Positions 1 through 10,856 of a stretch of 64,000 nt of DNA are shown here, piece by piece. The notes beneath the pieces are model-generated. The model made no database searches. It worked only from the letters and a program-made list of their open reading frames with translations, and was not told the DNA's origin. The position numbers and the translations under genes were made by a program. Source of the stretch: Prasinococcaceae sp. CCMP 1430 (Eukaryota > Plantae > Prasinodermophyta); the NCBI GenBank assembly GCA_013416795.1, contig RQSC01000027.1, positions 848,409-912,408 on the forward strand. Direction: 5' to 3'. Position 1 is the first letter of the stretch; the number at the start of each line of letters is the position of its first letter.

Positions 1-3000
1 CCAGCGGCTCGCCGTGAAGCGTTATGACCGCATTGTGTTCAAAGGGACGCTCGAGAGTACCCACGCGCATCTCGCCCCCGCGCAAGAGCAAGTAGGACGC
101 GTCCAGGGATACGTCGCTCTCGTCCGAGAAGATGAGCCGTCCCTCGACGACGACAAGAAAGAGCTGTGGCGTGTGAATGTCGAGCAAGATCGACTGGCCC
201 GGTGGGATAACCACACTGTCGCCATCCAGGGGCACCGCCCTCGAGATGCCCCACGAGCGCTCGTCTGACCACCTGTCAATGTACAGAAACTCAGCCGCAG
301 GGTCAATCACCGCGTCACCACGGCCATCCGAGGCAGACACAACAATCGATGGCTCGACGAAGTCCGGCCGCGGCCCTGTGACGCACGTAATCGCTGTCGC
401 CGAGGCAGACAGCACCGCGCATTCGATGCCGTCGATGCTGACCGCGTACGTTGCCGCAGCGTCGAAATTGCCCGACAGCGTGAGCGTGTCGCCCCCCAGC
501 GTGGAGCCGACCGAGGGCGCGACGGCGGTCACCGCCGCGCTGAGGGACGAGGAGTACGTATAGGCATCCTCCAGAAGCGCCGAAGCGCCCTCCTGCAGGG
601 CGGGGATCCCGACGCCCTCCTGCGCGCCTGGCTCGGCGGTGACGCGCACGCGCACGTCGCAGGGCTTGTCAGCAGGCCTTGTCGAACCCTGCACGCCATA
701 CAGTTCGATCTCGGCGAGGACGAGCGAGGTCCGCGCATCGTCGAAGCTGCGCACTTGGACGAATCGGGACGGCATGTCCGGAACGACGTCGACATCGAAG
801 GTATTCCAGCCATCGCTAAAGATCCTCTCTGACGTGCTCAAGTCCAGCAGCGTCACCCAGGTCGAACCGTCCGCCGAGCCTTCGAGCAACGTCCGCTCAA
901 GCTGGCGGTCGGGCTTCGCCCACCAGAGCTCGGGCACCGCAGCGAAGATACTCACGTGACTCAAGTACGCGGCGGCGTCCTGACCGAGGTCGAGGCCCAC
1001 GTAGGGAAACGGGGTGCCTTGCCCGTCTGTGCCGGCGGCCCGGTCCCATCCGCTCCACGCGCCAAAGAAGGCGCTCGTAAGGTTTCCGTCGAAGGCATCG
1101 GCGGCCGAGGATCTCTCGCCCTCGCGCCACACGCCGTAGGAAGAGAAAGGCGCGCCGCCGCCGATGCGCCTGGCCTGCGCGCGTAGCTGCTCGGCGCTAG
1201 GGGCAACCTCGAGCGGTTGCATTGCGCCTGTCACACACTCAATGCTGTCAGGGGCCACGGCGGTGGCGGCGCACGGCACACCACACATGTCCACCTGGAT
1301 GCGCCTCGTCTCCGACCCGAAGCCCGCGCCTGCGATGCTCATGACCGTTCCACCTCCCCGGCTCCCCGCGGATGGCGACACATCTCCTACGCTCGCATTG
1401 ACCTCCAGTAGGGCAAAGCAGCCGAGCTCGCACACGGCAAATCCTGTTGCTGTTTGGAGGGTGAGCTCGTGCGAGCCGGCCGGCACGGCAGACACGTCCA
1501 CCAAGAGGTGTGTCTCATTCGCGGCGAGCAAGGTCAGCTGGGTGTCGCCGAAGCGAGCAGTAATGTTTGCTCCGCCGACGGGAAAGCCGCGTCCTCTGAT
1601 CGTGACGCTGCCAGCGCCGGCAGCCCACCCTCTTGTGTACGCCGTCGCGTTGGTGCGGTATTCGATGCTCACCGTGCCGTTGGCCACCTGCCCGCCCGAT
1701 TGCACCTCAAGCTCGTGCGACGCCTCCGCGCTCACCCCCGGTGCCGTGCACGTCAGCGCTGCCGGGCTGCGCACATCGACATCCGCGCACTCGGCGGTTC
1801 CGATGGTGACCGAGGTTGCGCCTCGAACGAAGCCAGCGCCGTAGACCTCGATGCGCGCACCGCCCAGCGAGAGCGTTGGCAACGTGGCGGAGCGCACGCG
1901 CGGCGGGACGTCGATCGTTGCGACTCCCTGCGCAATGCCGGCACGTCCGGAGGGAGAATAGGCGTACACCTCGTGAATTCCTCCCCATAACGCCTCGGCA
2001 GTCATGGAGCACGTCACCTGGGGGCCGGATGCTCGGTCGATCTGGCACGGGACCATTGCCTCGAGCTCCACACGCGTCGGGGTTGGGCATGTGGCAGCCA
2101 CGCCAGAGCAGCGCAGTGCGGCGGTGTCCTCGCTCACCGTGACGATGATGTCCGAGGGCACTGACTCATTGAAAGTCACCTCGAGGGTGTGCAACCCGCC
2201 TTCAGCGGGGGAGTAGGAGGATGTGGCGTTGAGCATTGATAGGGTCTCGCTTTGCTTGTACGCAAAGCCGCAGTCGTCACCGGCTGTGGGCGGTACTGTG
2301 GACAGGTCGAGGCCCGCGCACGACGAGTGCGCGCCTCGCATGAAGACCACCACGGGCAGCTTCTGGTCTGGCGCCGCGCCGAGATACACCATAGCGGGTG
2401 ACTTGGCAGCCTCCTCGTCTGGCGCTGTGCAGGTGACGCGCTCCGCCTCGGCCGTGAGCACCACACACGGTGCGCCTCCAACGGTGACGGTGACGGCTGA
2501 CAACGATGCATCGCGAGCTTCGGCAGAGGGCGCGAGGCCTCTTCCACTGATTGTAAGGGTCTGCCCCCCCCCGCGCCCCCCGCTTGCGGGCGTGACGCCA
2601 CTGACCTCAAAGGCGAAAGCAAATGCGACCTGGGAACCCACCGTCGCCAGGCCCACCCCGTCGACCCTGACGACAACGGGAGCGTCTTGTGCGACGTCGC
2701 CGCCGTTGAGCGCGCAGACCAGCCGAGCGGGCGACGCCTCGTAGACGACGCACTTCGATCCGCCGAGCTCTACGGCATTGTCTGCGACATTTGGGCTGAA
2801 GTTGCTGCCTGTGATGGTGACGATCGTCGCGCCCGCGGACGAGGCAACAGATGGAGCGATGGACTCGACCGACGGCGTGCTCGCGTCGTCGAGATACGTG
2901 AAGCTGTCGGGAAGGGTGAAAATCTCACCACCGATATGGAGCGTCACATCAGCCGTGCCCGCTCCGTTAGCCGACCCGGGCACCACCACGACAGCACTTC

Positions 3001-6000
3001 GCCCGTCTGTTTCGACGACAGTCGCAGCAACGCCTCCAACAAACACGCCGATTGCGCTTGCATTCAGACCAAAACCTTGGCCGGCGATTGTGACAGCCAA
3101 CCCACCTCGCGCGCCACCCTCGGAGGGCGTCACAGATGTGACGCCGAGAGGCACCGCCAGGGTGGCGTCTACCCCATCAGCAGCCACGGCGGCGCCCAGC
3201 TCCGAGAGGATCACGTCAAAGCTGTGCAGGCCAGCGGGTGCGCTCGCGGGCACGACGCACGAAACTGAGCTTGGCGCGACGACTGACACGTTGGCGCAAG
3301 CGACGCCACCAACTGATGCAAGCACTTGGCCCCCATCCTCGAGCAGGGTCACCGTCGCATCCACCACTGCAATTGCGCCGGTGTTCTCGCTGGGTGCATG
3401 TGCTTTGAAGGCGGAGATGGACGGGGTGGCCTCCTGTTCGCCGCGATATGTGCAACCTCCGAAAGTGTCGAGAGAGGCGCACATGGCCAAGCTGCCGGCC
3501 GAGTGAATGCTCAACACCGGCTCGGTGACCGGCACTCGCAGCCAGTCGCTCGGCACCTGTGCGTAGAACATGCCACTTCCTGCCAACAACTGCACGGCGG
3601 ACGCATTCGGCGGCCCACGAGCATCGCCGCCGACAAGTGTTGCATTCTCGACTTCAATAAGAGGTACCTCCTCGCGGTGGCCGCTGAGGACCACGCGCCA
3701 GCGTTGCGGCGAGCCGCCGTCGTTGCTGTAGGTGATCTTCTGCTCGTAAAAGACGTCGGCATGCGCGAGCGCAGCATCACCGCTCGCGCTCGCCAGCGCC
3801 TCGAGCGCCTCGACCATGGGCGCCCGAGCATCGCTCTCCGATCCTCCCACGCGCAGCACGGTGGTCGCATTGCGCCATCGCAACTCGACCGTGCCACTCA
3901 GCGCATTCGTTGCCTGTGCGACGCGCTCCACCGTCTGTACGCATGCGCCTCTGCAGCGCAGCCCCGCGGGCGCGAGGGTGAGGAGGTCTCGAGCCGCACC
4001 GAGCGGGGGAGGCTCCTCGAAGCGAACATCCCAACCTAGCGAGCCGTCCGATGTCGCCGACTGCGTGACCCGCACGCCCGCGGCGGCATTGGTAACGCCG
4101 GCCGCCGCGGCTTGAAGCGCCTCGGAGAGCTTGTCTCCGGGGTTCTCTGCGTGCGCCACCAGGGCAGTGGTTGCGAAGACTTCGCTGCCGTCGACCATTG
4201 TGAGACGCGCCGACAGGCGATAGGCGCCTCCTGTGGTGTTTCCCAGCAACACGCGCTGCGTCTCGAGCGAGTACGCAGCCTCAAATTCGATCGCCTGGAC
4301 AGAGCGCGTGGCGAAGGCGTTGCCTTCGCCATTGTCGAGGCCATCTGGCTCGAGCGGCGCGGGTGCGACGAGGCTTACGTCAAACCAGTCGCCACCACCT
4401 CCCTCCGAGCCATACACCTCGAGCAGGTACGGTACGCCCTCCTCCAGACGCACTGGCCGGGGCACGTCGCCCTTGCCGTCCTCGTACTGAAAGATGTTGG
4501 ATGTCCAGCTCGAGATGAGGTAGAGCAGCTCGGGCTCGGTTGCGTTGCCTGGTCGCGTAAGCACCACGGCGCACCAGTCATCGCAGGCCGCGAGGAATGT
4601 GTGGTTGCCAGTCGCGCGTGGCACGAAGATGGAGCTAATGACCTGCTCATAGGCCCCCCAGCGCGTATTGGCTTCGACCTCGAAGCCAGGTATGACCTCC
4701 TGAAAGGTTGGGGGCGAAGCACTCGGCCAAAGGGCCGTATCGAAACGACGCTCGTTCATGAGCAGGTTCCAGAAACTGCTGCTCGTTCCTCGCCGATAAA
4801 CGGAACGCCGCGCGCCGCGGCCACCCTGCCCCCACAGTGAGGCAGCACCGCGGTACGCGTGCGCCTGCCACGCGGCACCGACATCCTCCGTGCTTGGCAT
4901 GATGCACTCTGCGCTCGCGCCTGCGCCTCCCAGCGGCACGCACGTGGACCGCGCCCCGCCCACATCCGCCTCGATCGGAGCGCGGAGCCCGCGTCCGACG
5001 ACCCGCAGCCGATGTCCTCCCGCGAGCGACCCGTTGCTTCGTACCAGCGCGTCCACCGCCGGCACGACCTGAACTTGGTGGGCACTCCCACCTTCGGCGC
5101 TGGCGGGCGCGTACGCCATCTCGCGAAAGCTGCCAGCATCCGGGTATGAGAAGGCCTCGTCGGCACGTGCGGCGCCTCCGCCCCGGTTCCCATTGCCTTC
5201 TAAGATTAATGAGGCGTTGTACAGGCCCGGGCGAATGTCTTCGCCGAGCAGGCAGCCCACGGCTTGCCACCGCGTGTGGAAGCTCAGATAGCGCCCCTGA
5301 TGCCGCAACACGAAGGGTGCGTACGGCTCGTGGCCGCGGTGCTCCTCGCCGAGCGCGCGCTGCGCGTCCGCCAAGGCGTCCTCATCGGGCAGCGCGCAGG
5401 CGAATTCCCCCCCCAGCATAACTGAGCGCACACCCTCGGCGTTGCGCACATCGCCTTCGAGCACGACAGCCGTCCCAGCCGGGGCGACGCGTGGCCTCAC
5501 GCGCCTGAGCGCGGGCGTCGCGTCCTCGCTATACGAGAAGGTTGTCGGAGCGGTGGCGCGCTTGCCTCGGCCCGCAGTGACCACAATAGGAAGCTCGCGG
5601 AGCAGCTCCTCCGACTCGCCGTGGAGCAGGGTCGCGGCCGGCGCCGGCGGGGTGTCCACGACGAGCAGCGTGTCGGTCGACAGGAACTCAACCACCGTAG
5701 CGCTCTGGCCGCCGACCGACACGAGCGCACCGCCGAAGGCACCTCCCTCGGAAGAGAACCCGGCGCCACGGATCCAAAGGCGCGTGCCGCCCGCCAGAGA
5801 GCCTTGGATAGCCCCCTCACCCGAACCGGTTTCAGTCGCAGCCACCGAGCGCACCGTTGGCGGCGCCGCTGGCACGCCCGCACCATCGGTCGCCGTCGTT
5901 GCGTCGCCGAGCAACCGCCTGCCACGCACGAATGCCTCGGCGCGCCTGCCCGCCACGCGCAGCGCGCCCTCGTTGTGAGCCTCATGTAAGATGTCATCCA

Positions 6001-6139
6001 CGGATCGCCGGTCGGAGGCGGCAGCACCGGCCGACGCCCGTGTCGCACCGCATGCGGGGGCGCATGCGAGCAGCAGCGTGAGCGCCGCTACGGCCGCCGT
6101 GGCCCTTACCGCCGTCCCGAGCCGCCGCGGCGGCGCCAT
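1..6139 (-). CDS. Very large secreted/cell-surface fibrocystin-L (PKHD1L1)-like protein: signal peptide, multiple IPT/TIG repeats, PA14-like domain, F5/8 (discoidin)-like domain, G8 domain; 3' partial, continues beyond window start
   Basis: ATG at 6139 starts MAPPRRLGTAVRATAAVAALTLLLACAPACG (signal-peptide-like). No minus-strand ORF in this frame is listed in the track, consistent with no stop down to base 1 (>=2046 codons). IPT motifs GSLAGGTRLWIRGAGF, TPSEGGARGGLAVTIAGQGF, SPSAGSRGGGTVMSIAGAGF. PA14-like FVPRATGNHTFLAACDDW...VRLEEGVPYLLEVYGSEGGGGD (~4700-4370). Discoidin-like DAFDGNLTSAFF...YVGLDLG...LAEIELYG (~1100-690). G8 start DRWSDERSW..VPLDGDSVVIPPGQSILLD..VEGRLIF..DASYLLLRGG (~280-1). 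Confidence 0.88.
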   Translation of the reverse strand, partial: MAPPRRLGTAVRATAAVAALTLLLACAPACGATRASAGAAASDRRSVDDILHEAHNEGALRVAGRRAEAFVRGRRLLGDATTATDGAGVPAAPPTVRSVAATETGSGEGAIQGSLAGGTRLWIRGAGFSSEGGAFGGALVSVGGQSATVVEFLSTDTLLVVDTPPAPAATLLHGESEELLRELPIVVTAGRGKRATAPTTFSYSEDATPALRRVRPRVAPAGTAVVLEGDVRNAEGVRSVMLGGEFACALPDEDALADAQRALGEEHRGHEPYAPFVLRHQGRYLSFHTRWQAVGCLLGEDIRPGLYNASLILEGNGNRGGGAARADEAFSYPDAGSFREMAYAPASAEGGSAHQVQVVPAVDALVRSNGSLAGGHRLRVVGRGLRAPIEADVGGARSTCVPLGGAGASAECIMPSTEDVGAAWQAHAYRGAASLWGQGGRGARRSVYRRGTSSSFWNLLMNERRFDTALWPSASPPTFQEVIPGFEVEANTRWGAYEQVISSIFVPRATGNHTFLAACDDWCAVVLTRPGNATEPELLYLISSWTSNIFQYEDGKGDVPRPVRLEEGVPYLLEVYGSEGGGGDWFDVSLVAPAPLEPDGLDNGEGNAFATRSVQAIEFEAAYSLETQRVLLGNTTGGAYRLSARLTMVDGSEVFATTALVAHAENPGDKLSEALQAAAAGVTNAAAGVRVTQSATSDGSLGWDVRFEEPPPLGAARDLLTLAPAGLRCRGACVQTVERVAQATNALSGTVELRWRNATTVLRVGGSESDARAPMVEALEALASASGDAALAHADVFYEQKITYSNDGGSPQRWRVVLSGHREEVPLIEVENATLVGGDARGPPNASAVQLLAGSGMFYAQVPSDWLRVPVTEPVLSIHSAGSLAMCASLDTFGGCTYRGEQEATPSISAFKAHAPSENTGAIAVVDATVTLLEDGGQVLASVGGVACANVSVVAPSSVSCVVPASAPAGLHSFDVILSELGAAVAADGVDATLAVPLGVTSVTPSEGGARGGLAVTIAGQGFGLNASAIGVFVGGVAATVVETDGRSAVVVVPGSANGAGTADVTLHIGGEIFTLPDSFTYLDDASTPSVESIAPSVASSAGATIVTITGSNFSPNVADNAVELGGSKCVVYEASPARLVCALNGGDVAQDAPVVVRVDGVGLATVGSQVAFAFAFEVSGVTPASGGRGGGQTLTISGRGLAPSAEARDASLSAVTVTVGGAPCVVLTAEAERVTCTAPDEEAAKSPAMVYLGAAPDQKLPVVVFMRGAHSSCAGLDLSTVPPTAGDDCGFAYKQSETLSMLNATSSYSPAEGGLHTLEVTFNESVPSDIIVTVSEDTAALRCSGVAATCPTPTRVELEAMVPCQIDRASGPQVTCSMTAEALWGGIHEVYAYSPSGRAGIAQGVATIDVPPRVRSATLPTLSLGGARIEVYGAGFVRGATSVTIGTAECADVDVRSPAALTCTAPGVSAEASHELEVQSGGQVANGTVSIEYRTNATAYTRGWAAGAGSVTIRGRGFPVGGANITARFGDTQLTLLAANETHLLVDVSAVPAGSHELTLQTATGFAVCELGCFALLEVNASVGDVSPSAGSRGGGTVMSIAGAGFGSETRRIQVDMCGVPCAATAVAPDSIECVTGAMQPLEVAPSAEQLRAQARRIGGGAPFSSYGVWREGERSSAADAFDGNLTSAFFGAWSGWDRAAGTDGQGTPFPYVGLDLGQDAAAYLSHVSIFAAVPELWWAKPDRQLERTLLEGSADGSTWVTLLDLSTSERIFSDGWNTFDVDVVPDMPSRFVQVRSFDDARTSLVLAEIELYGVQGSTRPADKPCDVRVRVTAEPGAQEGVGIPALQEGASALLEDAYTYSSSLSAAVTAVAPSVGSTLGGDTLTLSGNFDAAATYAVSIDGIECAVLSASATAITCVTGPRPDFVEPSIVVSASDGRGDAVIDPAAEFLYIDRWSDERSWGISRAVPLDGDSVVIPPGQSILLDIHTPQLFLVVVEGRLIFSDESDVSLDASYLLLRGGEMRVGTLERPFEHNAVITLHGEPL

Positions 6140-6291
6140 TGCACACCGCGCGCGGCGGCGCGCGGCGGCGCGACCACCGAGCGAGCGCGAGCGCCATGCG
6201 CGCCGCCATGCGCGCGCTGTGGCGACCCCGCCGACCGATCGCGATCGCGGCGCGCCACGCGCGCGCCACACGCTCCCCTCGCGCGGAACAA

Positions 6292-6313
6292 TTAGGGTTT
6301 AATAATTAGGGTT
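6292..6313. promoter_or_regulatory. Two telo-box-like motifs (TTAGGGTTT / TTAGGGTT) upstream of the fibrocystin-like gene
   Basis: TTAGGGTTT at 6292-6300 (reverse complement AAACCCTAA, the plant telo-box) and TTAGGGTT at 6306-6313, in an AT-rich patch about 150-170 bp upstream of ATG 6139. Confidence 0.4.
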
Positions 6314-6463
6314 AACTCCGCATCTGGACGCGTCTTTCGTGCTTTCGTTACCTGGCTGGGCGGCGACGATGCGCTCCGTCGGCGGGCGCGGCCGTGCTGT
6401 ACTACAGTGCGCGCCGGGGATGGTGGCCCTCGTTGCGCGACCCACTCCTCGGGAGCGACGTCA

Positions 6464-9300
6464 TCAGCCCCCCGCAGCAGGGTGGGCCACGCGCGAGGCG
6501 TCACGCTCGGCAGCGAGCGCGCCCATCCAGCTCGCCTCTTTTGAGGACAGACTGCGGTTGCGGTGGAGGCCGTTCCCGCTGGCGTTGCCAAGAGCGACTG
6601 CGAGCGACTCCGAGAGCGAGCCTGATCGCACGAGGGTCGGGCGATCGGCGCGACGCGTCTCATGAGGCTGCGTGCCCAGCTCGGAGGACGCCGATGACTG
6701 TAACGCTGCGAAGGCCGCGAGCGTCGATTCTTGTGTTGGCGCGATCGACTCATGCCGCTGCAACATGGGCGTGTCGTCGATGTCCATGGACACGGCTGCG
6801 TCGTTTGCCGCCGCCACAGCGGCTGGCGCGACGGTGGCGGTCTCCCTCAGGCTCCTCGCAGCCGCGGCGGCCGCCATGCGCTCGCGCTTGGCCTCCAGGA
6901 GAGCAGAGTTGTACCCGGGCTCCACAAGCGCGCCCGAGCCCATGAGCTCGTACATGAGCCCTTTGTATGTCGCGACGTGTGACTTGGGAGCCACGTCCAG
7001 AGCTCGAAAGATGCCGGCGCACCAGCGCGCCGCGAGCGGCTTGGCGGTCGTCGTGTGGGCCGGCGAGCGGCACGCCACGCTTTGATCCGGCTCGTTTTGG
7101 CCTCTCTCCGCACGCGCGACGGGCAAAGCCGCGTGGTTCGCGCCGCAGTCGGTTGGAGAGGACGTGCGTTCGGGCGAGCTGTCATCGGGCGAGCCCGTCG
7201 CTCCAGGACACATCGTGCCGCAGGCAAGCAGGCGGCTGAAGGCGCTCTGCTGGTAGTGCGTATCGCGCGAGTGATGCGTCGGTGAGGGGTAGTGGCGCCG
7301 GCCGCGACAAGCTCCCTCCTGCGGTTGGGCTCCGCGCGAGCCAAAGTGGATGGCTGAGCCGGACGACTCCCCATCGGGCGGCAAAGCAACGACGCTCTCG
7401 CCATTTGCGGGAGCGTCCGCGGCCGCTGCTGCAGCGGCGGCGGCGGCCATGTCGTTCCGCGCCGACTCCGTGAACTTGGCAAGGAAGGGATGGTGGAGGC
7501 AGGCAGCCGCGCTGGGGCGCCTGGTGGGCTCCCAGCTCAGCAGCTGCGCGACGAGGCCACGCACGCCCTGCGCGGGTGGCTGGCAGCCCTGGTGGCATTT
7601 GTTGGCGGTGCTGTGGCGGCGGTGGCCGCCCGCGCCGCCGAAGAAGCGGCGCGTCTGCACTGCAGTCGTATCGCCGGCGGCGGGCATCGCCGCCATTGCG
7701 AGGTAGATGCTGCGCGCACCCGCCTCGGCAGCGCGCGAGCCGAAGCGACGGCAGTCGCTCGCCTCGCCCTGCTCCTCCTCCTGTCGCCGCACTCCCTCTC
7801 CTGTGGGGGCCGGCGAGGCACCCGCAATGTCTTCGGGCGATGGCAAGCTACCTGCCGCGCCAGTCGTGTCTGGCGAAGACGCCATGATGACGGAGCTGCT
7901 GCTGGTGCTGCTCGTGACCCTCGTGCTGGGGTAGTCGGAGGGTGTGGGGTGTCCGATGGCGGCGGCGATCTCCGCGTCGTGCTGCGCCATCTCCTCGATC
8001 GCCAGGGCGGCGCCTGCGAGCATTTCGAGCTGTTCGCGCCCGTTGCGCCCACGGAAGAGCGGCTTGCCCAGGTACATCTCGGCGATGATGCACCCCGCGG
8101 CATACATGTCAATGGAAGGGGTGTAGGGGGCGCTGTAGGGGCACTTGGCGTTGCGGTCCTCGCCTGCGCCGGTGCTCTCGTTCGCGTGTCGCAACGCGCC
8201 GCCGCCGCAAGCGTGGCCGCCGCCGCCCACGCTGGCAGCCTTGCTCTTCTCGCTGGCGCCGCTGCTGCTGCTAGTGGCATGAATTCCGGCGGCGGCACTC
8301 CTGTTGCTCTGGTTGCGCTGCCGCCTGTGCCCCCCCGGGCGCTGCTGCAGCCACAGGATCTCAGGGGCGCGCCACCAGCGCGTCTGCACGTACTCGGTAA
8401 AGGCGCGCCTGTCATCGTCGGTGGCCAACGCCGTCGCCCCGCCACGGTCGAGCACGCCCCGCACCTGCTCGCAGCTTTGGCGGGCGGCCGCGCCGACGCC
8501 AGCGGATTCCGCGCGCTCGAGCGCGCCGCAGGCCGTTCTCGCGAGCCCCCAGTCGGCAACCTTGAGCTCGCAGCCCACGGTGAGGAGCAGGTTGGCCGGC
8601 TTCAAATCTCTGTGCATGAGCCCGATGCCGTGGGCGTGCGTGAGGGTGGAGACCAGCTGGGCGGCGATGTACTGCCGGTGCACGGGCTCAAGCAAACGAC
8701 TGGCGATCGCGTCGTGCAGGTCCGTCGGGAGCAGCTCGAAGACCAGGTAGACGTCGCGCCCGTTCGCCGCGGGCAGCACCTCCAGCATGGTGACCACGTT
8801 GGCGCACTCGCGCAGCTCGCGCAGCGCCAGCGCCTCGCGCACGGTGCGCGTGGCATCCGTGCGGTTGCGGAATGCGTCCGTCTGGCGCTTGAGCGCAACG
8901 TGGAGGCCTGTGTGTGGGGACCGCGCGCGCGCGCCAGTGCGCCGGCCGTCGACGCGAACGAGATGTCGGAAGGAACCGGGCCGACCGTGGTTGTACGCGA
9001 TTGAATCAGTCCCGGAGTCAGACGGAGTGGCGGCGGCGATGTTGTCAGTGCGATTGCGATGCCTCGAGGCGCGCGCCGGCGAGCGCGCGAGCGAGCGAGC
9101 ACGTGAGCGCAACGGCCGCTAGCTGGGACTTGCTCCTGCCTTTCCCGGGCCGAGGGCGCGGGCGCACCTGTCAGCCTGCATTCGGCTCGCCAGACGGTGC
9201 CGTAGGCGCCCTTGCCCAGCACGGCCCCAACGCGGAAGCGCGCGGCCACGGTTGTGTCGATGCCCGCGCCATCGTGCGCGCCGTCGGCACCGCCTGCCAT
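6464..9300 (-). CDS. ERK7/MAPK15-like MAP kinase (TEY), 2 exons: 9300-9168, 8907-6464 (~858 aa)
   Basis: Exon 1 LGKGAYGTVW. The GT-AG intron 9167-8908 joins in frame to LHVALKRQTDAFRNRTDATRTVREA (ERK7-type DAFRNxTDAxRTxRE). HRDLKPANLLL, DWG, TEYVQTRWWRAPE, IDMYAAGCI, RRPSAAACLHHPF. Confidence 0.88.
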
Positions 9301-10108
9301 CGGATCGCGCGCGTGTGCGCTCAGCTCTGGCTGGCGCGCGGCGAGCGTCCGCGCCGTATGGCGCACGCGCGCGCGCACGCCCGTCGACCGCTACCCCCTT
9401 CCTCCTCCCCTACTCTCCCCTCTCGACCTCCCCCACCCCCCACCGCCCCCCGCGCCGCCCGCCCCTCCACCCTCCCGCGCATGCGCGTGCGCGCCGCTGT
9501 CTGGCTGCGACGGCGGCCGGCCGCGCGCGCGCGCGACCCCGCGCGCGCGCGCTTGTTCGTTCGACCTCGCCTGCGTTTCGATATGACACAAACGCACGGG
9601 AGACACGCGAGAAGCAATGCAGAGGATGAACGTCCAAAATCGAAATGGAATGGAATGGGAACGGGCCCGAATCGATCGACGCCATTTTTAATTGTTCGTA
9701 CAATGAGTCGAACCGATCGATTGGTTCCGCGGAGGCCCCCCTTAAAAAAAAATAGTAAACGCGCGATCGCCTGCAATTTCAACCATTTTGCTGGCGGTGA
9801 CAGTGACAAACGCAGTACTGTACCCTACAATGCTACCAATTGGGCTGTTGCAGTCCACACTGGCGAGCGAGGTCCTCGCTCTGGCTCTGGAGAGGCCTAT
9901 TGATTGAATAGGACTACGTAGTACTAAACAGTTTTCAGTCTAGCACTGCCGGTAGCGACCATTGAACTGTTCCTCCGGCCGGCTTTCAATCGTGCAATGC
10001 GCACGCGCCGCTTTGCCAGCGGTCTCTGGCGAGCGCGCGTTGGGCCGCGCCTTCCGAGGGACACGCGCGCGCGCGGAGCGCGGGCGCAAAGACAGAGCGA
10101 CAGAGACG

Positions 10109-10153
10109 GAGACAGAGACAGAGACAGAGACAGAGACAGAGACAGAGACAGAG
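10109..10153. repeat. (GAGACA)n hexanucleotide microsatellite, 7 perfect copies plus degenerate flanks
   Basis: Read directly at 10109-10153, in the intergenic region between the kinase and SYLF genes. Confidence 0.9.
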
Positions 10154-10856
10154 CTGCGGAGACGGAGACAGAGCGCTGTCTGCACATGGTATCGCATGGA
10201 TGGCCCGCGCGACCGCGCGGCTGTTCGCCCCACTCTCCCCCTGCCCCCTCTCCCCGCAGCGCTGCTACGACGCCGCGCGGCGCCGATCGCGACGGGCGAC
10301 GCAAAAAAAAAAAACGCGCAACGGAAATGCGCGCGCGCGCCCCTCCGCCCGCGAAATTCCGCCCTGGACGGTGTCGTTCGGCATTGCCCGCCGGCCGCGT
10401 CGCGTCCGGGGGCGAGTTTGCGCGCGCCGCGGCGTTTTTTTTTTTTCCATGGTTCTGTTCGGCCCCGCTCGCCCCGCGCTCGGCGGCGCTTCCCCGCGAG
10501 GGGTCCCACGAGGACTCCGACGAGGGGAGGAGTGTGTGTGTGGGCAGGGAGTAGGGGGTGCAGGCCCGGCAGGGGAGGGGGCGGCTGCTCCGTCGAGGCA
10601 GGGAGGGAGGGAGCCCGCGGCCGGCGGGGCGTCGAGCGTCTGGCCGTCGGGGGTCGGCGCGGCACACCCGTCCTTGCGCGCGCGCGCGCGCAGGCCGGCC
10701 GGGCGAGCAGCGGAGGGCTCTCGGAGCTCGGCGGGCCGACGGCGGCGGCGCCGCGTAGGGGCGGAGCAGGAGGATCGCGCCGCGAACAGCAGGCGAGCGC
10801 GGACGCGCGGCGCGGCGGCGCCGCCGGAGCGGCTCGGAGAAAGAAAGAGAGGCGCG

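Noticed and set aside
6292-6313. TTAGGG motifs as an interstitial telomere or chromosome fusion scar
   Set aside because: Only one or two isolated units occur at each site, not an array
7490-9004. Long ORFs opposite real genes (e.g. 7490-9004 +, 18809-20482 -, 22839-24632 -, 43451-44524 -, 51517-53271 +, 59063-61093 -) as overlapping genes
   Set aside because: They are antisense or alternative-frame shadows expected at about 70% GC, have Arg/Ala/Ser-biased composition and carry no recognisable motifs of their own
9620-9960. AT-richer intergenic patch with short palindromes as an ncRNA gene
   Set aside because: Stems are only 5-10 bp, and no tRNA, snRNA or snoRNA hallmark was recognised
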